Assembly: GCA_964019335.1 (NCBI GenBank)
Contig: OZ025703.1
Coordinates: 372,001 to 436,000 of the forward strand
Length of the DNA stretch: 64,000 nucleotides
Direction of reading: 5' to 3'
DNA from: Diplonema japonicum
Taxonomy: Eukaryota; Protista; Euglenozoa: Diplonemea
The translations under genes were made by a program, and so were the position numbers. The notes under the pieces were generated by a model that was given only the letters and a program-made list of their open reading frames with translations, ran no database searches and was not told where the DNA came from. Positions 45,316-57,083 of this stretch are shown in pieces. The number at the start of each line of letters is the position of its first letter. Position 1 is the first letter of the stretch.

Positions 45316-46229
45316 ATGAACAAGATTGGTACAGATTTGTACTATGATTACAGAGATGATCCAACGTATGGAAGTCAAAGAAAAAAAAAAAAAAAAAAAA
45401 AAAACAGGGTGAACGCGCAGATAAAGCAGCAAGGTGTGTTGCCGCTGTCGCCCCTCCAGTTTTCAGATGAAGATTTCAACTCGATCTGGGCGATGTACAG
45501 GTATCAAGGGAAAAAGAAAAAAAAAAGAGAAAAAAAAAATATTTTTTTCCGTTCACAGGCCCCCGTACAAGGTGAGCATGGACGACCAGCTGAAAAAATT
45601 CTACGTAACTGAAATGAAGGATACTAAGGCGGAGAAGGCGGACGGGATCTTTAAGGGTGGCATCCCGTTCAATATACTGCACGCGATGGCAGAGTTCTGG
45701 AACCAACACCCGTTGCTAAAGCCTTTGAGGAAGGAATACGAGAATTGCAAGGTGATGAAGCAAAACCCCGAAAGGTGCATCGAGCCAGCAGTTAAGTACG
45801 CGGAGATGATGAACAGGGTAGCAGAGCAGCCTTTCACAAAGTGCCCCAAGCAGACTGTTGGTTGGGTGAAGTGTTTGGACGATAACGCGCGCAATTATTT
45901 CTTCTGCAGAGATCTCCAGGTGGAATGGGAATCATGCATGAAGACCCATTTTGATATCAAGTTCCCCCCCTTCCCCCTCCACCCCAGACGGACTGAGTGG
46001 AACGCTGGTCAAACTGACCCGTACCGTATGCGGTGGAAGGTGAGGGGCCGTGACACCTTCTCTGACCAAAACAGGCAAATTGGACTGGGTATGGATTTTT
46101 TTTTTTTTTTTTCTTTTTTGGAAAGGGGATAACAAAAAAAAAAAAAGAAAAAGAAAAAGAAAAAAAAATATATATATATACACAGGCCTTGTACATCCTG
46201 AAACTGATTTCTATGCTGATAATTTCTAA
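45316..46229 (+). CDS. NDUFA8: complex I subunit NDUFA8-like (CX9C) protein, 4 exons
   Basis: Exons 45316-45365, 45408-45500, 45559-46088, 46186-46229. ILHAMA...C....NPERC...CPKQTVGWVKCLD.....FFCRDLQVEWESCM. Confidence 0.78.
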
Positions 46230-46617
46230 AAGGAAAAAAGAAAAAACTTTTTTTTATATTTATTTTTCCAGTGTTTTTTCTTTTCTTCTTCTTTTTACCA
46301 AAAAGAGTGTTTTTTTTTTATCTGTTTCACTACCTCGTTCCCCCCTTTTTTTTGACCCTCACCCCCCCCCTTTTATTTCTCTTTTTTGTGTAAGGGAAAA
46401 AAAGTCCGAAAGGGTATAAAAAAAAATGGGGAAAAATTTTTTTTCACACGGTTTTTTTTTTTTTTTTTTTTCTTCTCCCTCCATTTGGTCAAATATGTAA
46501 TAGCAATTTTTTTTTGTTTTACCCACCGACCGTATCATATTACCCCCCCCAAAAAAAAGGTGGAGGCGGGAGGGGGAAGCGAAGACGGAGGGGAGGAGAG
46601 GGAGGGGGGGGGAAAAA

Positions 46618-47899
46618 ATGTCCGCAACAAGAACCGACTCGGTGCCGCCAATGATAGCCCCCTTCTTCGCAGAAGATAAGAGGGGCAACATACTGTGGTC
46701 CGGCAACGTCTTCAAAAAGAATCGATCGATGAAAAATGACCCCAGGATGATGGTGGTCACGGATACTGGCATCTTCCTCTTTAACAAAGCCAGCCTAAGG
46801 CGGTCCATTAAAATAGATTCTGTCCGTGCCTTAGTGGACACAGGACCGCAACGCGACAAGCTTGCCGTGGTGCAAATCGTGGATCAACATGATGTTTTTG
46901 TAGAATCGACCAACACCTCTGAAATGCTGGACGCTATCCGCACCGCCTACCGAGGCCACTTCGGAAGCGAGATAGAAGAGACACAGGTTCATGATACAGA
47001 AAAATTGATAGAAAAAGTTCAACACAAAAAAAAGTATGAATTTTTTTTCTCCCCCCCCAATTCCCTCCAGAAACAACTGGGTTAACAACCCAAACGACGG
47101 TTTGGTAGTAACGGAGAACAGTGCCGTCCCACAACCCTCTGGTGCCGCTTCCGCACCGCCGGCTACAACTCAAGAATTCCCTCAAGGAAGCCCTTATGTG
47201 GTTCCTCCACCTACATCGCCTAGCAACCGCGTCACATTTGATGACAACCCCGACACGACAATAGACAGGCCAGCGTCATCACATCATAAAAGTGACATCC
47301 CTGGTCCATCCACCCCACCCCTCGAGACGATAGATCGACCAACATCCGGGCTGTTAGGTACGGAGATCCCACCTGCGTCCCCTATGGTGATATCTGCACG
47401 TAAGGGAGACAGCCCTTCTTTTGGTAGGGGTCGTGGTGTCGTGAATGCGTACCCGTCACCAGGGTATGAAGATCCTGGGTACCAGTCTGCAGGGAGGGGG
47501 AGGGGGAGGGGGAATGCTTATGTGATGAGTAATGTTAATGCAATGAACGCGCACGTGCTGCGGCAGAAGGGTTCGTCGTTGATGTCCCCTAGGAGGCCGC
47601 AGATTATGCCGGTTGAGGAGGGTTCTTGGATATCCCTGTCTCAGCCGCCTCCTCCTTTGCAGAGCTCTTACATCCCTCAGCATCAGGCAATGGTGGCGCA
47701 GCCGTACTCCCCTCCGGTTTCACAACCCTATCCGCAGCCGCAGGGACCCGTGCCTATATGGGCTGGACAACAACAACATCAACACCAGCACCAGCACCAG
47801 CACCAACCTTCTTTGCCTTACCATCCTTCTAGCCCTGGCGTGCTGGCGTCCCACCCCGCACCTGTTGGTGGGCTCACATCTGGTGTTGTTATTGTGTAA
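46618..47899 (+). CDS. PH-like (myosin TH1-type) domain protein with Pro/Gln-rich tail
   Basis: ILWSGNVFKKNR..K.DPRMMVVTDTGIFLF...LRRSI; intron 47034-47070; may continue through micro-exons to ~48255. Confidence 0.75.
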
Positions 47900-47974
47900 A
47901 AAAAAAAAAAAAAAAAATCCTATCCATTATCCGGTCCCCCTATGTGGTGGAAAATTGGAGTTTTTTTTTTTCAG

Positions 47975-48217
47975 GCGTCCTGCCACATACCGCAGGTACC
48001 CTTAAATGTCTCTTTTTTTTTTTTTTTCGAATTAAAATTTTCTGGATTAAGGGAAAAGAAGAAAGAAAGAGAATAAAAAAAAGAAGAAAATGTGGAGGAA
48101 TAATAGAAAGTGGGGAGGAAAAGAAAGAAAATATGTCTTTGTCCCCCCCCCCCCCCCCTTCTCCTCTTGTTTTTTAAGGGTGGTCCTCAAGTGAGATTTT
48201 TGCCCTTAAACATCGCC
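47975..48217 (+). repeat. repeated cassettes A (47975-48012) and B (48179-48217); other copies of A at 56606 and 57590, of B at 57047
   Basis: A: AG|GCGTCCTRYCACATACCGCAG|GTACCCTTAAATGTCTC. B: AG|GGTGGTCCTCRA|GTGRGATTT(TT)GCCCTTAAACATCGCC. Confidence 0.85.
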
Positions 48218-49197
48218 TTTTTTTTTTCTCCTCTAAGGGTCCCTCCTGTAAATAATGAAGGGGGAAAAAAAAGGAAAAAGTGCATTATTGCTTTCTTTTC
48301 TTCAGATTTGTTGACCACATTTTCCTCTCCTTGTACTCCTTTTTTTTATTTTTTTTTTATAGATGCATTGTAGTAGCCCATTTAGTTTCGCCATGAACAT
48401 CTTTAAGATATGAACATGAAGAAAAAAAAAGAGAAACCAAAAAAAAAAAAAAAAAAAAATACAAAAAAAGTGGAATAAGGGTTTCCGCATAATTTTGCTT
48501 TTTTATGTCCTTCTCACACGTTTCTTTTTCTCATTTCAAGCCAACTTCACTCTGCGAATCATTTTTCTTTAAGTTTTCTCCCCCTCGCCCCCTTTTTTTT
48601 CTTTTTTTTTTTCTTTGGCCCAGGGAGGGGTAAGAAGGACTCACGGCCTATATGATCGATTATGCGATATTTGTCAACGCGTTTCATTGCACCAGCGAGA
48701 AAACACCAAAAAGGAATCCTAGCTATGACGAGAATGACACTGTCCCCCGTCTTTAAAACTTCAAAACAGGGCTGTTTTTTCTTGCATATTTTTTTTTCCC
48801 CCGAAAGGATTTAATTTTTTTTTGGAGATTTTTAGAATTTCCCTGTTGACAAAAAAAAAAAAAAAAAAAAAAAATAGCAAATAGTTGACCATGTTATATT
48901 TTTGGTAGTGGATGAGAACAAGGGGGCGTCTTACAAAGACTTCCTTTAACTCATATAAATATATATTTCTTTTTTCTTTTATGTCACCTTTCTGTATCTT
49001 TCTTTGGTGCTTTTTTTTTTTTTATCTAAAGTAATTTTTTTTTTCCCCCTCACCCCCTTTCTGTTTCCTTCCCCCCCCCCCCCCCCCACGCACACATCCC
49101 TTGTAAAAAGAAAAACCTTCCAACAAAAAAAAACTCGTTTTCTTTAACTATACTTTCCTTTGATATAAATCACACAACAGGAAGGCGGAGGGAGGAC

Positions 49198-52100
49198 ATG
49201 CCATGCGAGGGCTGGCCTCCCATATGGGCAGCATTGTTGATACTGATCAGCCCAGGCCCAAGCGAGGGGCTGGACCCACCAGAATGCGGCTCGAGTTATA
49301 CAACAGTATTTGTAGGTGCGGGCTCCCTGGCGTACCCAACAAGCGGCTACTACGCAAACAATGAGAACCGGTGCTGGAAGATAGCTCCTGCAAACCCTGC
49401 GAATTACATACAACTGCAGTGGACACGCTTATCGATTGAGGATCACTTCGACTGTGTGAAGAACAAGCCATGCAATGCGGTGACATCATGCGGGTACAAT
49501 GAAGGAAGAAACTGCGAACTCGACAAGCTCGATATGTGGGACAGCAGCGGAAAATCTACTACCTGCGGGACCCAAACAGGGACCATGGGATCATGGCAGC
49601 CCGCAACAGCTGGCGAGATAGTTCTCAAGTTCACCACTGACGGTGGTATTGTCGATGAAGGGTTCGCCTTGTCGTGGATTGAATGCGACCTCTCGCCCAC
49701 CTTGCTCCCCACGTACTCCAAGTGCTATAACGCGTTCAAGGACACCTTCTCCACGGGGTCCGGAACATTGACATACCCCTCTTCCGGGCAGTATGAAGGA
49801 GGTGAAAACATTTGCTGGAGGGTGCTTTGCAATGGGGTTGTTACCTTAACCGTCAACTCTATCTCTACCGAGCCGTCTCAGATCGGGTGTTCTTATGACA
49901 AACTCGAGGTCATCGACAGCCAAGGCACCGTGCATGTGATGTGCCGCCCTGCGTCCATTGCGTACCAGTACCCACCCGGCGACGTCATCTTGCGATTTCA
50001 GTCGGACCACTGTGTGTTCGACAGTGGGTTCTCGGTGTCCTATACTTGCAACGCTTGGTCGTGGCCCGTTGCCCCACCTGCGGGTTCGCTTGCTCTTGCG
50101 GAGTGCACTGTTTTGCAAGACGACGAAACGGGCTCTTCTGGCACTTTCAGCTCCGGTGCCTATGCGTCGGTGTCTTTCAAGTGTTGGCGCATCCAATGCG
50201 CCTCGCAACTTGTCCTCACATATACTTCTCTGAGTTCTTACGACAGCTCTTCTGGAGATATTCCATGTGAGGATCAGCACTTCATCCTCATTTCCCACAA
50301 CGGTGTACAGAGCCCTCGGATGTGTGGTCTTACCACTCCGACCTACCAGCCACCGAGGGGGGACCTCATGGTCGTGTTGCACTCTGCTGTTGGGCCGACG
50401 GGGACTGGCTTAACGTTTGATTGGGTATGTGATGGGTCGCCTGAGCCTGCTGTGCCCCCCGACCCCGGAACACCATACTTGCCTGCCATTCCTGTTTCGT
50501 CTTGCAACACTCCTGCACCCGAAACTCCTGCGCCTGATACGCCAGCTCCCGACACAGCAGTGCCCACATCTGCTCCGGATACACCTGCTCCAGACACACC
50601 CGCTCCAGACACGGCTGTTCCTACGTCGGCACCGGACACGCCAGCCCCTGATACGCCTGCACCCGACACGGCTATTCCAACATCAGCACCGGATACACCC
50701 GCACCAGATACTCCCGCCCCCGACACGGCTGTGCCCACGTCAGCACCAGATACACCTGCCCCTGATACTCCTGCTCCAGATACGGCTGTCCCAACATCAG
50801 CACCGGACACGTCCGCTCCCGATACTCCTGCTCCAGACACAGCTGTCCCAACATCAGCACCGGATACACCTGCCCCTGATACTCCCGCTCCAGACACGGC
50901 TGTTCCTACGTCGGCACCGGACACGCCAGCCCCTGATACTTCTGCTCCAGACACGGCTGTGCCCACGTCAGCACCAGACACACCTGCCCCTGATACTCCA
51001 TTTCCAGACACGGCTGTACCCACGTCCGCACCAAACACGCCAGCTCCTGATACTCCGTTTCCGGACACGGCTGTCCCAACATCCGCACCCAACACACCTG
51101 CCCCTGATACTCCTTTTCCTGATACGGCTGTCCCAACATCAGCACCGGGTACATCCTCCCCCGATACTCCCGCTCCGGACACGGCTGTGCCCACGTCGGC
51201 ACCAGTCACGCCAGCTCCTGATACCCCATTTCCTGACACAGCTGTTCCTACATCTGCGCCAGACACGCCAGCTCCCGATACCCCATTTCCTGACACGGCT
51301 ATTCCTACGTCCGCACCTGGCACCCCTGCCCCCGATACTCCTGCTCCAGACACAGCCGTTCCTTCATCTGCGCCAGACACGCCAGCTCCTGATACTCCAT
51401 TTCCGGACACGGCTACCCCAACATCCGCACCCAGCACACCTGCCCCTGATACTCTTGTTCCGGATACGCTAACACCTGGCAGCACTTCTGCCCCCGACAC
51501 ACCCGCCCCTGACACGGCTGTTCCTACATCTGCACCAGATACGCCAGCTCCTGATACCCCATTTCCAGATACGGCTGTTCCGACGTCCGTGCCAAACACG
51601 CCAGCCCCTGATACCCCATTTCCGGACACGGCTGTCCCAACGTCCGCACCCAACACACCTGCCCCTGATACTCCTTTTCCTGATACGGTTGTCCCAACAT
51701 CAGCACCGGGTACATCCGCTCCCGATACTCCCGCTCCGGACACGGCTGTGCCCACGTCGGCACCAGTCACGCCAGCTCCTGATACTCCATTTCCAGACAC
51801 GGCTGTCCCAACATCCGCACCCAGCACACCTGCCCCTGATACTCTTGTTCCGGACACACTAACACCTGGCAGCACTTCTGCCCCCGACACACCCGCCCCT
51901 GACACGGCTGTTCCTACATCTGCACCAGACACGCCAGCTCCTGATACTCCATTTCCAGACACGGCTGTCCCAACATCAGCACCCAGCACACCTGCCCCTG
52001 ATACTTCTGTTCCGGACACGCTAGCACCTGGTAGCACTTCTGCCCCCGACACACCCGCCCCCGACACGGCTGTTCCCACCTCAGCGCCGACTACGACGGC

Positions 52101-54174
52101 TCCGGATACTCCATTTCCAGACACAGCTGTCCCGACATCAGCACCGGACACACTTGTACCTGACACTCTCGCTCCAAACACAGCCATCCCAACGTCAGTA
52201 CCAGACACACTTGCCCCCGATACTCCTTTTCCCGACACATTCGCACCTGCAATAACGGTCGCTCCTACTGCAGTTCCAGGTGTGACAGCAGAACCAACAG
52301 CTGTGCCAACAAACATACCTGATACCCTAGTGCCGACAACAGCAATTCCAACACAAGCTCCGACTTTTGCACCAGCAACAACACCCCCTGCTGGTCCTAC
52401 CTTTGCACCTCCAAGTGGTCCTACCCTTGCACCTCCTGGTGGTCCTACCTTTGCACCTCCTGGCGGTCCTACCTTTGCGCCTCCTGGTCCTACCTTTGCA
52501 CCTCCTAGTGGTCCTACCTTGGTGCCGGTAACGTTTGCACCATCAACACCCGCGCCTTTCGGGCCCACAGCTGTTCCTACAACTACCACAGCCGTACCTG
52601 GGATGCCTGGAGTGCCTACTGCGCAACCTACGGCTGAGCCAATGCTTGCACAAACAACTGCCGAGCCGACCGATGCAGCAACACTCATGACGGTAGCACC
52701 GCCACCTGCACCCCCTCCAACTCAAGCACCTGCCACACCACTCCCCACCACGGCAGCGCCGTTGGTCGAGACTAACGAGCAAGACCAGATCAGCAGCGTG
52801 GGTGAGGCAGCAGCGGCTACGAGTATATTAGGTGCAAGTGCTGGTGCTGGTGCAGCGATGCGTTTGGTGTTAATCAGCGGTGCCTGCGATACAGACGGCA
52901 AGAAGAAGGACCTACCGAGGGCACTGCACCCCACGCAGCTGAAGATAAACGGGAGTCAGGATTTGGGCGTCGTTGTAGGTAACTTCGCCATCACGATAGG
53001 GTTCGGGTTCCTGTGCTACTTGCTGGTGCAGCTGGCAGCGAGAAGCGGCAAGTCGCTGTTCCCAAAACTCTTCATCGGGCTTGACACACAGGGCTGGATG
53101 CGGTTCCCATCAGCACCGTTGTTTGTCTTCCAGCTTTTCTATCAAGGCACAGCGCTGGGAGCAATGCGGCTCATCATGTTCCCCCCGACTGCGGGAGGGT
53201 TTGTACTGGGCATGCTGGCATTGGTGATATGCTTCTTTGTCCCGTTCATAGTGTTCTACGCGGTGAGCCGTGACGTGCCGCGCCGTGCGGTGTACATGCA
53301 CGACAAGGGAAGGAGCACCTTGATGGCTATATTCATAGGCCCCGGCGAGTGGGTCTCCAAGGGGAAGGGCACGCATTGGGTGAACAGATGGGCAAGCGTG
53401 GTGCGGACCTACCGACAAGAGCTCGCATGGTTCTCGTTTATAGAATTCTCTGCATCGTTCACCTTGAGCGCATTCGCGGCGGTAGAACCGGAGAACTATG
53501 TAGCGTGCGGCCATGTCAAGCTCTTCTCCGGCCTTGTCTTCTTCATCATGCTTCTCTTGGAAGCTGTCGTGTGGCCACACGCAAGGTTTAGAGACTCGAC
53601 ACTGGACTTTGTCATCTTGGGAATGCAAGGATGTGCCATGTGCCTCATGGCGTCAGGGTACTACCGTGAGGACCTGAAGGACTGGGGGTTCACCGCTGCT
53701 TCTCATTTGCTTCTAGCAGCTGTCGTTGTGCTGTTGGCAAAGTGCGTGCTTGATCTATTTACAGAACTGTACATTTTTGTGAAGGGGCACAGACGGCGGC
53801 TGCAGGATGAGATATGGGAAAGGGAGACCAACGAGCGTTATGCCAGCAGGCTTCCTCTAGAGGACACAGTGCCTCAAGAGATGTTCGACATGCTGCCTAA
53901 GGCCCAGTCACTTCATTCGAAGGAAGGGTCTTCCTTGGGTGGGGACCCTACAGGCACGTACACCAAATCTACCACAACACAGAACCTGTCGAGGTCTAGG
54001 GGGACAGGGACTTCTTTCACGTTGCCTTCTTCCAATAGGAGTAGGTTCAATGGGTTGAATGGTGCGCGGTCTCCACTATCGCCGAGTCCTTTAATTTCTG
54101 ATAGGTTTGTGCGGGCGGCGGAACAAGAGCTTCTGGAGAACAAGGGGAAACGATTCGAAAGGGCGTCTTTGTAG
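49198..54174 (+). CDS. surface protein: signal peptide, three CUB-like domains, mucin-like PDT repeat stalk, multi-pass TM region
   Basis: CUB motifs (Y..NEN.CW.I, C.YDKLEV, LRFQSD...DSGFS.SY), Pro/Thr repeats, several hydrophobic helices and a cytosolic tail. Confidence 0.9.
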   Translation: MPCEGWPPIWAALLILISPGPSEGLDPPECGSSYTTVFVGAGSLAYPTSGYYANNENRCWKIAPANPANYIQLQWTRLSIEDHFDCVKNKPCNAVTSCGYNEGRNCELDKLDMWDSSGKSTTCGTQTGTMGSWQPATAGEIVLKFTTDGGIVDEGFALSWIECDLSPTLLPTYSKCYNAFKDTFSTGSGTLTYPSSGQYEGGENICWRVLCNGVVTLTVNSISTEPSQIGCSYDKLEVIDSQGTVHVMCRPASIAYQYPPGDVILRFQSDHCVFDSGFSVSYTCNAWSWPVAPPAGSLALAECTVLQDDETGSSGTFSSGAYASVSFKCWRIQCASQLVLTYTSLSSYDSSSGDIPCEDQHFILISHNGVQSPRMCGLTTPTYQPPRGDLMVVLHSAVGPTGTGLTFDWVCDGSPEPAVPPDPGTPYLPAIPVSSCNTPAPETPAPDTPAPDTAVPTSAPDTPAPDTPAPDTAVPTSAPDTPAPDTPAPDTAIPTSAPDTPAPDTPAPDTAVPTSAPDTPAPDTPAPDTAVPTSAPDTSAPDTPAPDTAVPTSAPDTPAPDTPAPDTAVPTSAPDTPAPDTSAPDTAVPTSAPDTPAPDTPFPDTAVPTSAPNTPAPDTPFPDTAVPTSAPNTPAPDTPFPDTAVPTSAPGTSSPDTPAPDTAVPTSAPVTPAPDTPFPDTAVPTSAPDTPAPDTPFPDTAIPTSAPGTPAPDTPAPDTAVPSSAPDTPAPDTPFPDTATPTSAPSTPAPDTLVPDTLTPGSTSAPDTPAPDTAVPTSAPDTPAPDTPFPDTAVPTSVPNTPAPDTPFPDTAVPTSAPNTPAPDTPFPDTVVPTSAPGTSAPDTPAPDTAVPTSAPVTPAPDTPFPDTAVPTSAPSTPAPDTLVPDTLTPGSTSAPDTPAPDTAVPTSAPDTPAPDTPFPDTAVPTSAPSTPAPDTSVPDTLAPGSTSAPDTPAPDTAVPTSAPTTTAPDTPFPDTAVPTSAPDTLVPDTLAPNTAIPTSVPDTLAPDTPFPDTFAPAITVAPTAVPGVTAEPTAVPTNIPDTLVPTTAIPTQAPTFAPATTPPAGPTFAPPSGPTLAPPGGPTFAPPGGPTFAPPGPTFAPPSGPTLVPVTFAPSTPAPFGPTAVPTTTTAVPGMPGVPTAQPTAEPMLAQTTAEPTDAATLMTVAPPPAPPPTQAPATPLPTTAAPLVETNEQDQISSVGEAAAATSILGASAGAGAAMRLVLISGACDTDGKKKDLPRALHPTQLKINGSQDLGVVVGNFAITIGFGFLCYLLVQLAARSGKSLFPKLFIGLDTQGWMRFPSAPLFVFQLFYQGTALGAMRLIMFPPTAGGFVLGMLALVICFFVPFIVFYAVSRDVPRRAVYMHDKGRSTLMAIFIGPGEWVSKGKGTHWVNRWASVVRTYRQELAWFSFIEFSASFTLSAFAAVEPENYVACGHVKLFSGLVFFIMLLLEAVVWPHARFRDSTLDFVILGMQGCAMCLMASGYYREDLKDWGFTAASHLLLAAVVVLLAKCVLDLFTELYIFVKGHRRRLQDEIWERETNERYASRLPLEDTVPQEMFDMLPKAQSLHSKEGSSLGGDPTGTYTKSTTTQNLSRSRGTGTSFTLPSSNRSRFNGLNGARSPLSPSPLISDRFVRAAEQELLENKGKRFERASL
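50508..52250 (+). repeat. coding tandem repeat, 57-nt (19-aa PDTPA-PDTPA/F-PDTAVPTSA) unit
   Basis: Direct reading; units vary mostly at third codon positions. Confidence 0.95.
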
Positions 54175-54541
54175 GACATTAAAAAAAAAAGAAAAAAAAA
54201 AAAGAATTAAGAATTTGGAAAACGGGTTTAAAAAAAAAAAAACCTTCTTTTTTTTTTTTTTAAATTTCTTTGCCCTTCAAAAACGTCGGAGAAACTTCTT
54301 AGGGCGAGGCGCTGCAGTTGGAGCCTTGCCCCGGGGGGTTTTCTTCTTCTTCTTCCACTTTATTTTATATATATATATTTTTTTTTATTTCGAATTGTTA
54401 TCTCTGTCGTAAAACGCCGTAAAACGAATATGGAGGAAATAAAATAAACCTTGCAAATGTCCGCGTTTCTTTTTTTTTTTTTTTTCTTTCCCGACTGGCC
54501 TAACTTTTTCCGAGTTACGCCTCAAGTCTCTTTTTATGAAG

Positions 54542-54589
<48 letters not shown>

Positions 54590-54704
54590 ACCGATTAGTG
54601 TGAATTTCGAAGTGAACGGTGAGCACCACCCACACACCGAAATTTATCAATTTTTTTCTTCTTCTTTTTTCTTAAAAGAAGATATTCGTAGCATCATAGT
54701 GATT

Positions 54705-54745
<41 letters not shown>

Positions 54746-55803
54746 GATATTTAAACGATATTTCCTAACTCGCTTTTTTCTTCCCTCTAATGATATGTAT
54801 TGTATCCAGGGGTTAGCACGCACCAAATCTGGTTTTTAACTCTACGACAAAAGGGAAGAGAGCATGCAAAACCACAACTTTTCTATTCGTCTCCCGGACC
54901 CAAGATACAGCATATGAAAGGAAAATCTAAATATGAAAAGAAGAAGAGAAATCTATTTTTTTTATATCTATTTTTTTTTTTTTTGAAAATAAAGAAAAGT
55001 CAGATGCTTTTATGATTCCACTTTGCGGGGGGGTTGTCGCAAAAACGAATCTGGCACTTGATAAGAATGGGGGTGTGAGAGGATTTTCCTCCAACGCAGA
55101 TATCCCGAATTTAAAAAAAAAAAAAAAAAAAAGGGAAAAAAAAAAAAAACTAGCTGTTTTCCCCCTTGATCTTCTCTTTGCCCTAGCGATGGGGGGAAAC
55201 ACCTCCTCCCAAAAAAAGGGTGTTAACCGATGTAACAAAATCCTTAAGCAGACTTTAAAAAAAGAACTAAGGGGGGAACTTAGAAGAAAAGAGGGAGAAG
55301 GAAATAAGTAAAGAAAGAAGTTAAAGGCTACTAAAACGTTTTTTTTTTTGTTAAGAAAAAGAATTACACGTTCCCCCCTACTCCCCCCCATGTTATCACA
55401 ACGCTGCTGTGGCTCTAAAGGCTGTTGTTTTTTTTTTTTTTTTTAAAGGATTCTTGCAAAGGTCCTTTGGGGGGGGTGGACCTCTGGTGGGCTTTTCCGT
55501 AAACTCAGACGTTAGGTTTCTGTAAATTTCACTCTCGTGAATTTTTTTTTCATTTTTTCTACTTGAACAGTGAGCACCCCCATGCACACTGCAACTTTAT
55601 CGAAAAAAATTTCTTTTTCACTCTGGTGACAGAATAATGCATTATCGTTGTGAATGAGTTTAGCTGTTGGGGAACATCGATATCTGCGCACTTCACGGAT
55701 TTTAAAAATTTTCTCCAGTTTTTTTCCCCCCTACTCTACACCTTACTAAGGTAAGAGTAATAAATAATTAAACGAAGAAAGAAAAAAAAAAAAAAAGAAA
55801 TGA

Positions 55804-55932
55804 AGGGAAAAATAATTCTTTATGACTCTTTGTCTTTGTTGTTCGCACGAGCAAAAAAGGTTTTTAAAAAGCTGCGAAAGTTTTTTGCTCGACACAAGTT
55901 GCATATAGTTATAAAATCATTTTTTGAAAGAT
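55804..55932 (-). repeat. dispersed repeat, copy 2 (inverted relative to 42146-42293)
   Basis: Reverse complement aligns to copy 1 with shorter homopolymer runs. Confidence 0.88.
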
Positions 55933-57083
55933 AAATATTTGTAACAAAAAAAAAAGTAAATGAAAACCGGTTTTTTACTCCCCCCCCAATAAAAAAAGGG
56001 AGGGGATGGGGTCTTGACTGAAACCGGTGAACATGTTTGTTGTCCTTTTCATATTTCGTGGTGTTACTTCTTATTTCTCTTTTGCGTTCTTCTTCTTCTT
56101 TTTTTTTTTTTTTTTTTTTTTTTGCGAGTTCTGACTCTGCCAATTACACACCATTTGATGCCTCTGGGTCACTAAGGAGCAATGCGGTGTAACAGCAACA
56201 GCAAATCTGTGGCTATTTGGCTGAAAACACAAGAATGTCGGTGTGTGACTTGTGATTAGAACTGTAAAGAAATCGTTTTTTTTTTTTTTTTTTTTTTTTG
56301 TTTTCTTTTTTAAATATCCTTGATATGACTCACTGCTCCTCCTAAGGATGGAAGAAAAAAAAAAAAAAGGAAAAAAAAAGAGAGAGAGAAAGAAAAGAGT
56401 GGGGAAAAAAAAAAAGGAAAAAAAGAAGGATGTTTTTCTGCTACTTCTTTTTTTTTTTTTTCTTTCTTTCTTTCTCTCACTCCCCCCCTTTTTTTTTTCT
56501 TTTTTTCTTTTCTCTTGGTGAGCGAAAAGCATCATTGCTTCAAGGATTTTCCTTTCCCTGGACTGGTGTTGAACATGTGGAACATTTCACTGTTTTTTTT
56601 TTCAGGCGTCCTGTCACATACCGCAGGTACCCTTAAATGTCTCTTTTTTTTTTTTCTTTTTCTTTTTTTTTTTCTCCCAACGAGCCTTTGCCTTCCCGCC
56701 TTCTCCAGTTTAAAGCTCTCTTCCTCTCTTATGGGAAAAAAAAAAAAAAAGTGGGGGCCCTGCAGCCAGTCCTTTTCTTTCGTTACACTCATGGGTGATG
56801 ACGAACCCCTGGACTGCCCGAGCCACGGACTATTGGCTTTCCCCCCCCCCCCCCCCCCAAAGAGCCTTTAGGTACCTTCTTGCCATATTCACACAAAAGA
56901 AATAAACAGACTCGCCGTATCCACGAGAAAGGGGGCGTATCTTGCACAAGACAAACAACAACAAAAAAAAAAATGAATATTGCTGCGTGTGTCTTCTCAT
57001 AGAGTTTCCAATCCCTCCCCATTTTTTTTTTTTTTTTTATTATCAGGGTGGTCCTCGAGTGGGATTTGCCCTTAAACATCGCC

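Noticed and set aside
50343-52688. 781-aa minus-strand Gly/Val/Ala/Ser ORF
   Set aside because: Mirror of the PDT tandem repeat, which lacks stops on the opposite strand.
56775-56840. Box C-like GTGATGA island
   Set aside because: No downstream box D or terminal stem.
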